Source: Octopus vulgaris
Taxonomy: Eukaryota
Direction: 5' to 3'
Assembly: GCA_951406725.2 (NCBI GenBank)
Contig: OX597817.1
Location: forward strand, 168,640,001-168,704,000
DNA: 64,000 nt
In this document: positions 1 to 14,452 of the stretch, in pieces
Layout of the letters: every line of letters starts with the position of its first letter
Position numbering within the stretch: the first letter of the stretch is position 1
Made by a program: the position numbers and the translations under genes
The notes under the pieces: generated by a model
Told to the model about the DNA's origin: nothing
What the model saw: the letters and a program-made list of their open reading frames with translations, nothing else
The model's database searches: none

Positions 1-189
1 CTTCATTTGAATTTTCTGCTTTCTGCTGATTTTTGTAGTAACATTTCCAGATCTATATTTGCTCAGTGCCTGTGATGGCAAAGGAACTGCTATTGTATCA
101 TACACATTTTTCGCCAATTACATCTTGGCCTGTGCTGAGACACTGCTTCACTTTCTTTCTTTCTGTGTGTGTGTGTGTTTGAATGTGTC

Positions 190-781
190 TGGCAGAAACG
201 TTAGCACGCCGGGCAAAATGCGTAGCCGTATTTCGTCTGCCGTTAAGTGTTCTGGGTTCAAATTCCGCCGAGGTCAACTTTGCCTTTCATCCTTTCGGGG
301 GTTGATAAATTAAGTACCAGTTACGCACTGGGGTCGATGTAATCGACTTAATCCCTTTGTCTGTCCTTGTTTGTCCCCTCTATGTTTAGCCCCTTGTGGG
401 TAGTAAAGAAATAGGTATTTCGTCTGCCGTTACGTTCTGAGTTCAAATTCCGCAGAGGTTAGCTTTGCCTTTCATCCTTTCGGGGTCGATAAATTAAGTA
501 CCAGTTGCGCACTGGGGTCGATGTAATCGACTTAATCCCTTTGTCTGTCCTTGTTTGTCCCCTCTATGTTTAGCCCCTTGTGGGTAGTAAAGAAATAGGT
601 ATTTCGTCTGCCGTTACGTTCTGAGTTCAAATTCCGCAGAGGTTAGCTTTGCCTTTCATCCTTTCGGGGGTCGATAAATTAAGTACCAGTTATGCACTGG
701 GGTCGATGTAATAGACTTAATCCCTTTGTCTGTCCTTGTTTGTCCCCTCTATGTTTAGCCCCTTGTGGGTAGTAAAGAAAT
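190..781 (+). mobile_element. SINE family B (tRNA-like head, Nin/Deu-like GCCTTTCATCCTTTCGGGGTCGATAAAT core); body present as 3 tandem ~183-bp units
   Basis: Head CTGGCAGAAACGTTAGC and B-box GAGTTCAAATTCC; unit GTATTTCGTC...AAAGAAAT(AG) starts at ~228, ~416 and ~599; more than 10 related copies in the window. Confidence 0.85.
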
Positions 782-1132
782 ATATATATATTTTATATAG
801 GTGCACAGCTTGTTACTCCCTTCCTGTGTCCCCTTCTTTCATCACTGAGTTCCTTTTTTTTCTTCTTTTTCTTAGTTTCCTTGTTGAAGTAGCTTTATTT
901 CTGATTTTACTTAAATATTCTCCAAAGTGAAAGATTGTCTTAATTTTTTCGATAATTCAATCTTATATTTAATCTTTATTCATCATTCTTTTCTTTTAAT
1001 CAATTTATCTTTTCATGCACAAATAAAGATTTTTATATAGGTGTGGGGTAAGTAGTTAGAAGGGAAGCTTCCCAAGCACATGGTACCTTATGCAAATGTA
1101 TTCTATAGCCTCAGGCTAACCAAAGCCCTGTG

Positions 1133-1249
1133 ATACATACATACATACATACATACATACATACATACATACATACATACATACATACATACATACATAC
1201 ATACATACATACATACATACATACATACATACATACATACATACATACA

Positions 1250-1281
<32 letters not shown>

Positions 1282-1840
1282 CATACATACATACATACAT
1301 ACATACATCACATACATACATACATACATACATACATAATACATACATACATACATACATACATACATACATACATACATCATACATACATACATACATA
1401 CATACATACATACATACATCATACATACATACATACATACATACATACATACATACATCATACATACATACATCATACATACATACATACATCATACATA
1501 CATACATCATACATACATACATACATACATACATACATACATACATACATACATACATACATACATACATACATACATACATACATACATACATCATACA
1601 TACATTCATACATACATACATACATACACATACATACATACATACATACATACATACATACATACATACATACATACATACATACATACATACATACATA
1701 CATACATACATACATACATACATACATACATCATACATACATACATACATACATACATACATACATACATACATACATACATACATACATACATACATAC
1801 ATCATACATACATACATACATACATACATACATACATACA

Positions 1841-1874
<34 letters not shown>

Positions 1875-2170
1875 CATACATACATACATACATACATACA
1901 TACATCATACATACATACATACATAATACATACATACCTACATACACATACATACATACATACATCATACATACATACATACATACATCATACATACATA
2001 CATACATACATACATACATACATACATACATACATACATACATACATACATACATACATACATACATACATACATACATACATACATACATACATACATA
2101 CATACATACATACATACATACATACATACATACATACATACATACATAATACATACATACATACATACAT
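1133..2170. repeat. (TACA)n microsatellite, ~1 kb
   Basis: Direct; source of the MYVC/HTYI pseudo-ORFs. Confidence 0.99.
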
Positions 2171-2184
2171 TCATTCATTCATTA

Positions 2185-2583
2185 CATTCTTTCTTTTCTT
2201 TTTCCTTGTTTCAGTCATTTTGACTGTGGCCATGCTGGAGCACCGCCTTTAATCGAGCAAATCGACCCCAGGACTTATTCTTTTGTAAGCCCAGTACTTA
2301 TTCTATCGGTCTCTTTTGCCAAACCGCTAAGTAACGGGGACATAAACACACCAGCATCGGTTGTCAAACAATGCTAGGGGGACAAACAAAGACACACACA
2401 CACATATATACATATATACGATGGGCTTCTTTCAGTTTCCATCTACCAAATCCACTCACAAAGCTTTGGTTGGCCCGAGGCTATAGTAGAAAACAATTGC
2501 CCAAGGTGCCACACAGTGGGACTGAACCCGGAACCATGTGGTTGGTAAGCAAGCTACTTACCACACAGCCACTCCTGCGCCTA
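2185..2583 (-). mobile_element. SINE family A (~400 bp, tRNA-derived head, internal TA/TG linker)
   Basis: Reverse complement of the head GAGTGGCTGTGTGGTAAG...GGTTCAGTCCC (A/B boxes) and tail GACTGAAACAAG; about 20 copies in the window. Confidence 0.9.
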
Positions 2584-3112
2584 CATATGTATGTATGTAT
2601 GTGAGTTTGGAGGGATATATCATCTGGGTGGATACCGTATTGGCTCTTAGTTATGTTCTAGGTTATGGCTAACTGGAGTGATTAGTATTTAATATTTATG
2701 AACACTATTAGTTGTCATTCATGCCATAAATTCATCTGATGAGTAATTCTGTGTTTGCTTCCCTGGACGGCAATATTGTCTGGTGTGTATAGTAGCCCCA
2801 AACCCCTGAACCCTAACAAACGAACAAACAACTAACTCCACACAGTTTGCCTCAAAATTAGCCAAATGGACAAACCCTGAAAAAAGCTGCACCAAAATCA
2901 TGCAGCTGCCCTTAATATGTGCAGTGGAAACATGTGTAGGTCGTAATGACCATAAAAATATGCTGTATAAAATTGTAAAATAAGAGGGAATAAATTTTGA
3001 GGATAAACAAGTCTTCATGTTCTATATTGTTGTAACTATTGTATATATATATATATGCATACACGCATACATAAATATACTTATATATCCATATATATAC
3101 TTATATATCCAA

Positions 3113-3390
3113 AGGCGGCGAGCTGGCAGAAACGTTAGCATGCCGGGCGAAATGCTTAGCGGTATTTTGTCTGCCGCTACGTTCTGAGTTCAAATTCCGC
3201 CGAGGTCGACTTTGCCTTTCATCCTTTCGGGGTCGATAAATTAAGTACCAGTTCACTGGGGTCGATGTAATCGACTTAATCCGTTTGTCTGTCCTTATTT
3301 GTCCCGTCTGTGTTTAGCCCCTTGTGGGTAGTAAAGAAATATATACTTATATATCCATATACACACACATATATATATACATACACATGC

Positions 3391-3421
<31 letters not shown>

Positions 3422-3675
3422 TATATATACTTTATCTGTATGCAGAATTGTTAGCTGGCAGGATCGTAAGCACGTTTGGTGAAATGCTTAGCGGTATTTC
3501 GTCTGCTGTTTCGTTCTGAGTTCAAATTCCGCCAAGGTCGACTTTGCCTTTCATCCTTTCGGGGTCGATAAATTATGTACCAGTTACCTACTGGAGTCAA
3601 TGTAATCAACTTAATACCTTCCTCTGTCCTTGTTTGTCCCCTCTATGTTTAGTCCCTTGTGGGCAATAAGAAATA
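3113..3675 (+). mobile_element. Two SINE family B copies (3113-3340, 3452-3675)
   Basis: GGCGGCGAGCTGGCAGAAACG head, same body as 190-781. Confidence 0.85.
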
Positions 3676-3719
3676 TATATACTTTATATTTATATATATA
3701 CACACACACTCATACCTAT

Positions 3720-4710
<991 letters not shown>

Positions 4711-6092
4711 GTTAAAAATCTGTTTTGATATCCACCTCAACTAAATTATTTTTTTGTTTAATATTAAGACTCTGTCTCTTACTAGTCTCTCTTTGTTATT
4801 TTCCACTTTCCTCTGATCATTTCATCTTTATCAACATGACAACTGAACTCTCCGCTTCTCCCCCAGCCTTCTTCCATGCGTATTTCTAACCATATTCCAG
4901 ATATAAATCACAAAATAGCTAGTTTTCTGCATAAATAACCCAGAAAACCTCTTTTCTTTATTTCATCCCTGAATTCCTTCCACAACTTCTCCTCATCTCC
5001 TTCTGACTCCCTCTCTCCTTTCTCTCTTTCTCTCTCCCTTTCTCTTACACACGTACACACACACACACAAACACCAACACTCTCAGACACTCACACGCAG
5101 CCTACCTCCAACCATTCTGCACTTGGTTATTGATTTTGTTTCCATGGAGTAAGATTATGTGTTTCTTATAGCTATAAGCTTTACGTATTGCCTAGCATGA
5201 GGTTTAAGGAAGGCGGCAGTCTTGCAGGGCAGTGGAGAGTCTACACACAGTAGTGACTGAAAATAATTCATTCGTATGCTGACAGCTCCTGCCGGTTGTC
5301 AAATCAAAGGGTCTGTTCGATATTTTGTTGCCCAGTGTAGTTAGGGGTATATAGTTGTGATGTATGAGGTATTAGTGACTATATCTGCTAAACCTCCTTC
5401 CCCTCTCTCTCTCTCTCTCTCTCTCTCTCCAAATTGTCAATTTGCCTCGCAGAAATAACAGTTAAATCTCCCTCAAATCAAATACTGTCATATTTAAAAA
5501 GGAAGGGTATATTAAATAAGGCAGTCTTTGAAAGGTTATACCTGATTAAAAGAGTGGATGGTCATGGCTATAATGTGTTTGGTCATGTGTCTGACTGATC
5601 AAGGGTGACCAAGGACAAAACAATAATAAATATACAGATATGAAAATAAGCTAGATATACATCATATACTGCCTATACTGTATTCTTTAATTCTTTACTG
5701 GTGTGACTGTGGTCATGCTGGAGCACTGTCTTCAACAGTTTAGTAAATCATATCAACTCTAGTACTTACTTTGGTTTGGGTACTTATTTTATTGATTTGT
5801 ATTTTGTTCAATAAAATCAATAGTTAGAAGACATAAAGGGACACAACACAAACAACTATGTTCTAAGACTGATTTAAGCTTGAACACACACACACAGACA
5901 CACACACACACATGCATGCTTAAATCTGAGCATGGAAAAGTGAAGCGTGTATCTGAGAGCAAAATAAAACAGGAGAATTTAAGTTATTTTTATTACATCA
6001 TGAATTACATAATGAAAACACTTAACCAAACTCACCTATTTTATACGACACCTGTTAATTATTCAAATGTATATAATACCAAATAAAAATCT

Positions 6093-6477
6093 CTCTTTAT
6101 ACTCTTTACTCTTTTACTTGTTTCAGTCATTTGACTGCGGCCATGCTGGAGCACCGCCTTTAGTCGAGCAAATCGACCCCAGGACTTATTCTTTGTAAGC
6201 CTAGTACTTATTCTATCGGTCTCTTTTGCCGAACCGCTAAGTAACGGGGACATAAACACACCAGCATCGGTTGTCAAGCAATGTTGGGACAAACACAGAC
6301 ACACAAACAAACACTCACATATATATATACATATACACAATGGGCTTCTTTCAGTTTCCATCTACCAAATCCACTCACAAGGCTTTGGTCGGCCTGAGGC
6401 TATAGTAGAAGACTCTTGCCCAAGGTGCCACACAGTGGGACGGAACCCAGAACCATGTGGTTGTTAAGCAAGCTACT
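6093..6477 (-). mobile_element. SINE family A
   Basis: Near-identical to 2185-2583. Confidence 0.9.
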
Positions 6478-6584
6478 GAGGACAAACAATATTTAATACT
6501 CAATTGAAATTTAGATAAATACATGGATTCACATGGAGTTCTAAGCATTTGTTAACTATTTTGCTGTCGAAATAACAATTTTCA

Positions 6585-6930
6585 GGCATGGCTGCGTGGC
6601 TAAGAAATTTGCTCCACTGCAGAGCATCTTGGGCAAGTGTCTTCTACCATAGCCATGGGTTGATCAAGGCTTTGTGAATGGATTTGGTTGATGGAAACTG
6701 AAAGAAGCTTATGCTCTCTTGTTTTGACTTTGTGTTGTGGCTGTAAACAACCATCAACATCATGCAAACAAATTTGTTTGTTTCCACTCATCCATGAAAA
6801 GAATGTCTGGCCATAGGGAAATATTATCTTACTTTGGAATAGCCGAAGGTTGGTGATAAGAAGGACAAATGTCTGCAGAAAACTTACCTCAACAAATTAC
6901 ATCAGACCCATGCAAGCATAGAAATCACTA
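6585..6930 (+). mobile_element. Old SINE: A-type head with F-type tail (AGGAAGGGCATCC-like motif)
   Basis: GGCATGGCTGCGTGG head; GGAAATATTA...GGTTGGTGATAAGAAGG tail shared with 12840-13065, 21300-21450, 53430-53690. Confidence 0.65.
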
Positions 6931-7084
6931 TTTAATAACTGTTTTCTCTACTGGCATGGGTTGCTCAGTTTGACAGGAGCTGGTATAACCAGGGGCCATG
7001 CTAGGCTCCATTGTCTGTTCTGGCATAGATTCTATGGCTGGATGCCCTTTCTAGCACCAACTACTTTACAGAGTATAGACAGTA

Positions 7085-7414
7085 AAAGGTAAAGACCCCC
7101 TTCGGTCATGAATGACCATGGGATTGCACCTAGAAAGATACAAGTCCAGGCAAGGTTGTTTATGGAAGACCAGCAGTCACCTATGCACACCAGCTCCCCT
7201 CTCCATGCCACCGATGTTATCCACAAGAAAGGCAAAGGCCGATACAGCTTGGCTCCAGTGATGTTGCAGCTCCTTTCTACAGCTGAGTGAACTGGAGCAA
7301 CGTGAAATAAAGTGTCTTGCTCAAGAACACAACTCACAGTTTGATCTGGGAATCAAACTCACTACCTCATGATTGTGAACCCAATGCTCTAACCACTGAG
7401 CCATGTGCCTCCAC
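7085..7414 (-). mobile_element. SINE family E (tRNA head plus CORE-like domain) inserted into an old family D element
   Basis: Minus strand GGCTCAGTGGTTAGAGC...TGTGTTCTTGAGCAAGACACTT; flanking ACTTTACAGA(G/A)TATA duplication. Confidence 0.8.
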
Positions 7415-7594
7415 TTTACAGAATATACTGGATGCTTTTTATGTGGCACCAGCACCAGTGTTTTTACATGGCACCAACAGCATTGCTTTTTTTTATGTGG
7501 CACCAGTATCAGTTCTGCTGTGGTGGATGGGTCTTCTTCAGTACAATGAGGCACCAGATATCTCAGTTTTTGTGGCTTATAAGTAACGATAAAG

Positions 7595-7741
<147 letters not shown>

Positions 7742-8039
7742 TTGAAAACTACAAAGCATTTTGTTCAGATCTTCACTGTTTCCACCATCATCTATCATTC
7801 TAGTAATAAACCCAACAATGATATTAGGGATAGTACAGAAATAAAATATTTAGAAATACAAGGAACAACGGTGGGTATTTACAGTGAATAATAATAAATG
7901 TTAGATATATGAAGGGACATTAAAAGTCTGAAATTTTACTTGACTACTACATATTTTATCAACAACAAAAATTTGAAAGTCAAAGTTGTTCTTGAAGGAA
8001 AAATAATAATGATGATGATGATGATGATGATAATAATAA

Positions 8040-8405
8040 TAACTCGATGAACATTAATGGAATTTGTAGTTTTGTGGTACCAGTGCCGATGGCACATACG
8101 AAAACCATCCGAACGTGGCCGTAGCCAGTACCGCATTGACTGGCCTCCGTGCCGGTGGCATGTAAAAACACCATCCGATTCGTGGCCGTTCACCAGCTCT
8201 GTCTGGCACCTGTGTCGGTGGCACATAAAAGCACCCACTACACTCATGGAGTGGTTGGCATTAGGAAGGGCATCCAGCTGTAGAAACATTGCCAGATAAT
8301 ACTGGAGCCTGGTGCAGCCTTCTGGCTTCCCAGACCCCTGGTTGAACCGTCCAACTCATGCTAGCATGGAAAACGGATGTTAAACGATGATGATGATGAT
8401 GATGA
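8040..8405 (+). mobile_element. Family D non-autonomous retroelement: ~62-bp GTGCCGGTGGCAC repeats, GGTTGGCRTTAGGAAGGGCATCC motif, (GAT)n tail
   Basis: Same layout at 13264-13690, 19900-20672, 54625-55103; motif resembles the Meta-domain/RTE 5'UTR-type sequence. Confidence 0.8.
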
Positions 8406-8789
8406 TTATAATAATATAATAATACTTTCTTTTTATTAGCCACAGTGGTATAGATGAGGGATGACATCACAAGGACAGACAACAGTTTGTGTGATGACTT
8501 ATATAAATGATGGGGAGAAAGAAATGGAAAAGAAGGTGAAATATGATAAAAGATTATAAATAGTGTATAAAATATGTGATAATGCAAATGATGCAGTCCT
8601 TCTGATACAGGAGAAACTCCAACTAGGACCAATCAAGGAACCCTTCATATCCAGGATTACCCTGATCGCCAAGGGTACAATTCCTTTCCCAACTGTTGCT
8701 CTCTGATCTACAGGCACATTTTTAGAGTAGGGCAATTCACTCTCTAACCATTTTTGCCACAGTCAACCATTTTATCACAAATTCACTAG

Positions 8790-9112
8790 GCGTAGGAGTG
8801 GCTGTATGGTAAGTAGCTTGCTTACCAACCATATGGTTCTGGGTTCAGTCCCACTGCATGACACCTTGGGCAAGTGTCTTCTACTATAGCCTCAGGCCGA
8901 CCAAAGCCTTGTGAGTGGATTTGGTAGATGGAAACTGAAAGAAGCCTCTCGCATATATGTATATATGTGTGTGTATATGTTTGTGTGTCTGTGTTTGTCC
9001 CCCCAACATCGCTTGACAACTGATGCTGGTGTGTTTACGTCCCCGTAACATAGCGGTTCGGCAAAAGAGACCGATAGAATAAGTACGAAGCTTACAAAGA
9101 CTAAGTAAAAGA
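8790..9112 (+). mobile_element. SINE family A with a 3' internal deletion
   Basis: Head and body match the other A copies. Confidence 0.85.
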
Positions 9113-10523
9113 GTTAGCACTTCCCTTTCCACCCTCACTTTCATTTCTAAGTGGAGCATAAAAACACTGATAAGAGCTTGACCAAAGAGGAATAATAATA
9201 ACAATAATAGTGAATTTGTGTGTGCAATCTGGGAATGCATACAATGAGCTTCTCTGCCCTAGGTGTACGGAAAACACTTGGCGAGAAACGGAAGAAAATT
9301 TGAAGAAAGAAGGAAAAACATAATAATAATAATAATAATAATGGTTTAAAATTTTTCCACAATGGCAGCAATGTTTGGGGAGGGGATAAGTCAATTACAT
9401 CAACCCCAGTGTTCAGCCGGTACTTATTTTTATCGACTCCGAAAGGATGAACGGCAAAGTTGACCTTGGTGGAATTTGAACTCAGAACATAGCAACAGGT
9501 GAAATACCATTAAGCATTTTGTCCAGCATGCTAATGATTCTGCCAGCTTGCTGCCTTAATAATAATAATAATAATCCTTTCTACTATTGGCATAGAGTCT
9601 GAAATTTGGTAGAAGGGGCATAATAATGATAATAGCAGCAATAACAATATAGAACAACAAAATAAGAACACCAAAGGATCCCTAGAATAGGGGAAGATGA
9701 TTACATTGGTTGATTTGGGACATACTACAGACGAACCTTGATTACTGATTTCTAAATTATATAGAAGACTACAAGTTTATGAGGAGTGAATAATTGATCA
9801 AATTGACTTGAAATTGGTATTTTGACTAGTTCGCTAATAATTCTTCTATTCACTGTTCTAACATTAGCAGACGATGATGATGATGAAAATAACAATGATG
9901 ATGATGATGATTTTTTTCTCAGTATTTTTTCAACCTTCATGTCAATTTGAAGCAGCAACTCACTTATTTCTTTTGAGTTGCCGTCAAGCTAAACAGTATT
10001 GTTACATACATGTGATAATACTTGACGAATCCAGAAGAATTCAAATGTATTGATTGAATATAATTTTTTTCTTTTTTTTTTTTTTTTCTTTTTTTTTCTT
10101 CTGTTCAACTATTTCCTGACAATCATTTATCAAAAGGTTTAATCTCATGTCTTCTGGGGAATCAAGAAAAAGAACACTTAATCCAAGTGATAAAACAACA
10201 AGTTTGATGTTATTCAAACATATATACATGGCGGCTTTTAGGTCAAGAAACTATTGATAAACATCCGTGTAATACAAGTTGAGCCTTCGGGAGACAATCC
10301 GTTAAAGCAGTTGTTAAAGAGGACACAACATGGAATACACCAATGCATTCAGATCCTTTAATCGTTTGAGGATTATAGAGTTTGTCCCTTCTTTGTTTGA
10401 TAAGCGATGTCTGTTATAAAGGATGCTTATCAGTTGTGTTGAATGTTTAATAACCTTGAGCAAAGCACTGTGTATTGACGTTGCTATGGTTTTAGCATTG
10501 GACCACTACACTGTTGTATACTG

Positions 10524-10952
10524 GGATCTTTTCGGTTTGAACGGCAGTTTTTAACATAATTTCTAGGTAACTAAAAAATTTTAAACTTCGTATACTGGTA
10601 GAATGTGTTTATAAAACATCTTTTCTCTTGGCTTTATTGAGAAAATTCTATAGTTTGTAAGATATTTGTTGTTTTTTTCCTTCAATTTCTGCAATTTCAA
10701 CCAATCAAATACATCTATTGAGGTAAACAACATTCTGTGCCCTTATGAATATGTCCCCCATTTAAGAAGCAGATTGGGTTTATTTACATTTGTGAAGAAA
10801 AAAAGATACCCTTCCCCCCACCCCTAACCCTAACCCTAACCCTAACCCTAAAATAGATTGAAATGCAATAGATCAATACTAGGGTTATAATTATGGGTGA
10901 CAATTTCATATGACACCACTAGAAAAAACTGCTGTTCAAACCGAAAAGATCC
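10524..10952. mobile_element. MITE, probably Merlin-type, with internal (CCCTAA)5
   Basis: TIR GGATCTTTTCGGTTTGAACGGCAGTTTTT / AAAAACTGCTGTTCAAACCGAAAAGATCC (1 mismatch); 8-bp TSD GTATACTG at 10516-10523 and 10953-10960. Confidence 0.9.
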
Positions 10953-11282
10953 GTATACTGTACTGGTCTTGTTGACTGACCCCGGTTTCACTGACCATAA
11001 CACCATTGAGACCATTAATGTCTCACATTTGCATTATAATCTTGGTGCTTTTCTTATTGTCATTTAAGTTTGCATTTTTGTAGATGCTGGTGTGGCTGTG
11101 TGGTATGAAGTTTGCTTCTTGATCACATGGTTCTGGGTTCAGTTCTGCTGTGTGGCACTTTGGGCAAGTGTCTTCTACTTATAGCCCAGGGTCAACCAAA
11201 ACCTTATGAATGGATACAGTAGATGGATACTGAAAGAAGCCCTTCATATGTGTCTATGAGTCTGTATATATATCGTTTTATT

Positions 11283-11672
11283 ACTCTTTTACTCTTTACT
11301 CTTTTACTTGTTTCAGTCATTTTGACTGCAGCCATGCTGGAGCACCGCCTTTAATCGAGCAACTTGACCCCGGGACTTATTCTTTTTGTAAGCCCAGTAC
11401 TTATTCTATCGGTCTCTTTTGCCGAACCGCTAAGTAACGGGGACATAAACACACCAGAATCAATGCTAGAGGGACAAACATAGACACACAAACACACACA
11501 CATACATATGCATATATATACATATATACGACAGGCTTCTTTCAGTTTCCGTCTACCAAATCCACTCACAAAGCTTTGGTTGGCCCGAGGCTATAGTAGA
11601 AGACACTCGCCCAAGGTGCCACGCAGTAGGGACTGAACCCGGAACCATGTGGGTGGTAGACAAGCTACTTAC
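11283..11672 (-). mobile_element. SINE family A, head truncated by the adjacent insertion
   Basis: Family match; an oppositely oriented degenerate A head lies at ~11085-11270. Confidence 0.85.
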
Positions 11673-11988
11673 CTGTATTATTTTTGTATTTATATTCGTG
11701 TCACGTCGTCCCGTTTTCTTTTTCCGTCCTTGTTTCGTATACATTCGTTGCTTTTTTCGAAGGAATCTAATGCTCTCAGCTTAGTTTTTCCTTGGAGCTG
11801 GCCAGATTGGCGCAATCTCAAGATTAATCAGCCAAAATTGCGAGGATGATTCGGTTCTTGACTGAAGATTAAAGGCTTTGAATGACCCACCCGTGTTTTT
11901 TGTATCGTCTTTCTGGATGTTTTGTTGTCCCTTTTTGTACCACTTAGTTGTCCGGATGTTTTGCGTTCTTGTTCCATTTTGTATTTTT

Positions 11989-11990
<2 letters not shown>
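11673..11990 (+). mobile_element. Unclassified repeat remnant, possibly a Penelope-like 3' end
   Basis: CpG-retaining, T-rich block ending in (TA)n that interrupts a SINE; class is inference. Confidence 0.4.
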
Positions 11991-12009
<19 letters not shown>

Positions 12010-12020
<11 letters not shown>

Positions 12021-12028
12021 CATGTATT

Positions 12029-12071
<43 letters not shown>

Positions 12072-12830
12072 ATGTATCTATGTATCCATGTGTGTGTGTG
12101 TGTGTGCATGTATCTATGTATCCATGTGTGTGTGTGTGTGTGCATGTATCTATGTATCCATGTGTGTGTGTGTGTGTGCATGTATCTATGTATCCATGTG
12201 TGTGTGTGTGTGTGTGTGCATGTATCTATGTATCCATGTGTGTGTATGTGTGTTGTGTGTGCATGTATCTATGTATCCATGTGTGTGTATGTGTGTGTGC
12301 ATGTATTTATGTATCCATGTGTATGTGTGTGTGTGTGCATGTATCTATGTATCCATGTGTGTGTGTGTGTGCATGTATCTATGTATCCATGTGTGTGTGT
12401 GTGTGTGTGTGCATGTATCTATGTATCCATGTGTGTGTGTGTGTGTGCATGTATCTATGTATCCATGTGTGTGTGTGTGTGTGTGTGCATGTATCTATGT
12501 ATCCATGTGTGTGTGTGTGTGTGTGTGCATGTATCTATGTATCCATGTGTGTGTGTGTGTGTGTGCATGTATCTATGTATCCATGTGTGTGTGTGTGTGT
12601 GCATGTATCTATGTATCCATGTGTGTGTATGTGTGTGTGCATGTATCTATGTATCCATGTGTGTGTGTGTGTGTGTATGTATGTATCTATGTATCCATGT
12701 GTGTGTGTGTGTGTGTGTGTGTGCATGTATCTATGTATCCATGTGTGTGTGTGTGTGTGTGCATGTATCTATGTATCCATGTGTGTGTGTGTGTGCATGT
12801 ATCTATGTATCCATGTGTGTGTATGTTTGT
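12010..12830. repeat. Minisatellite: constant GCATGTATCTATGTATCCAT separated by variable (GT)n
   Basis: More than 20 units seen directly. Confidence 0.95.
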
Positions 12831-13263
12831 GTCCCTTTGTCTTGATATCATATGATAGTCGTAAATGATTGTCACTGTCATACAAGCAGTGTCATTCATT
12901 TCCAATATTTTGCAAGAATGTGTCTGGCCATGGGGAAATATTACCTTGTTTGGAAACAAGTGAAGGTTAGCAACAGGAAGGGCATCTGGCTGTAGAAAAT
13001 CTGCCTCAATAAATTTATCTAATCCATGCAACTATGGAAATGTGAGTTTTAAAATAATGATGATGGGGATCAATTTTTTTTTTCTTTTATGTTTCTCAAC
13101 TTGTGACTGTTTCTATAAGAATGTTTGTTTCTCTGTCATTTATTTCTGCTCATTTAAAAAATTTTTTTAAAGAATTCATTTTTACTAGAGCGCAATCTCT
13201 CTCTACTCATACATCATGATTTAACCCCTTAGCATTCAGGTTAAGCATAATGCTTATTTATTC

Positions 13264-13690
13264 AAATCAGAATCGAAATCGATCAATAGAGATTGCAGAT
13301 GTGTTACCAGTGCCGGTGGCATGTAAGAGAACCATCCGTTCGCGACCGTTGCCAGTGCCGCCCTGACTGGCCTCGTGCCGGTGGCACGTAAAAAGCACCA
13401 TCCGTTCGTGTCCGTTGCCAGCCTCGCCTGGCCCCGTGCCGGTGGCACATAAAAAGCACCATCCGATCGTGGCCGTTTTCCAGCTCTGTCTGGCACCTGT
13501 GCGGGTGGCATGTAAAAAGCACCCACTACACTCACTGAGTGGTTAGCGTTAGGAAGGGCATCCAGCCGTAGAAACACTGCCAGATTTGACTGGGCCTGAT
13601 GAAGCCTTCTGGCTTCACAGACCCCAGTTGAACCGTCCAACCCATGCTAGCATGGAAAAACGGATGCTAAACGATGATGATGATGATGAT
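13264..13690 (+). mobile_element. Family D element nested in the MITE
   Basis: Four GTGCCGGTGGCA-type units, AGGAAGGGCATCC, (GAT)n tail. Confidence 0.85.
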
Positions 13691-14008
13691 TTGAATTAAT
13701 CATGCATTATCTTGCTGATTCTAGATTTCAGTGATGTGATAATATACTTTTAGAATGGTAGTCGTGAGAAGCTGAATTTGGTCAGTTTGAACATGAAACT
13801 TGTAGAATATTTAGGCCTGGTATGGCCTTTAGTGTTCAGATTACTCTGTTAAATGTAATATTTTTTCACTCAAATTGTTTTTAATTAATCATGCATTATC
13901 TTATAGCTTTGAGGTTTCAACGACGTGATTGTTTATTTTTAGAATGTCAATGTAGGTTAGGTGTGAGAGGCTAGATATCGCCAGTTTGAATATAAAACAT
14001 ATAGAATA

Positions 14009-14452
14009 CTAGCAGTATAGCCCGGCGCTACTCGGGTTTGCTTTTTAGTTGCGCTTAAAACGGCAGACTTTCATGTCGTGTTAAAAAAGTTTTGGCATAG
14101 TTTCAATCTTTTTTGAAAAGTAAAAATTTTGCATTATGTAGCTTGTTATTCTCTTTAAGTGAACATGTTTCTGGTTGAAATACACCAAAAAATGGTGACA
14201 CAGCATTAAAAAAATGGTAAAAAAAATAGGGATTTTCATAGGAAAAAAGCACCTTTTTGATGTAAATAATTTTTGGTGTTAACATGGTCCGATTTGAATT
14301 TTTTCTTCTACGGAAGGAAGAGCAAGCCTTCTTCTATCATACTCACAATTTTGGTCAACCTTGCGCCGCAGGGTCTCAGAGGAGATAGTGTTAGTTGAAG
14401 GCTACCAAACCTGCCACACACAGACAGACAACTTCAGCTTTATGTGTATAGA
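14009..14452 (-). mobile_element. Non-autonomous Helitron
   Basis: Minus strand 5'-TC ... CCCGAGTAGCGCCGGG hairpin ... CTAG-3', between A and T with no TSD; removing it restores TAGAATATTT as in the sister MITE monomer. Confidence 0.88.

Noticed and set aside
1103-2178. Long ORFs such as [12 protein letters not shown], poly-L and poly-I (also 11878-12868, 18146-18712, 45205-45972, 55046-56519)
   Set aside because: Stop-free translations of microsatellites, open in several frames at once
2730-2760. CTGATGA as a hammerhead core or snoRNA box (also CTGAAGA at ~11862)
   Set aside because: No correctly placed GAAA or supporting stems
10822-10851. Chromosome end or fusion scar
   Set aside because: Only five units, and they lie inside a TIR/TSD-bounded element
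12010-12830. Constant repeat with variable spacer as a CRISPR-like array
   Set aside because: Spacers are only (GT)n of varying length
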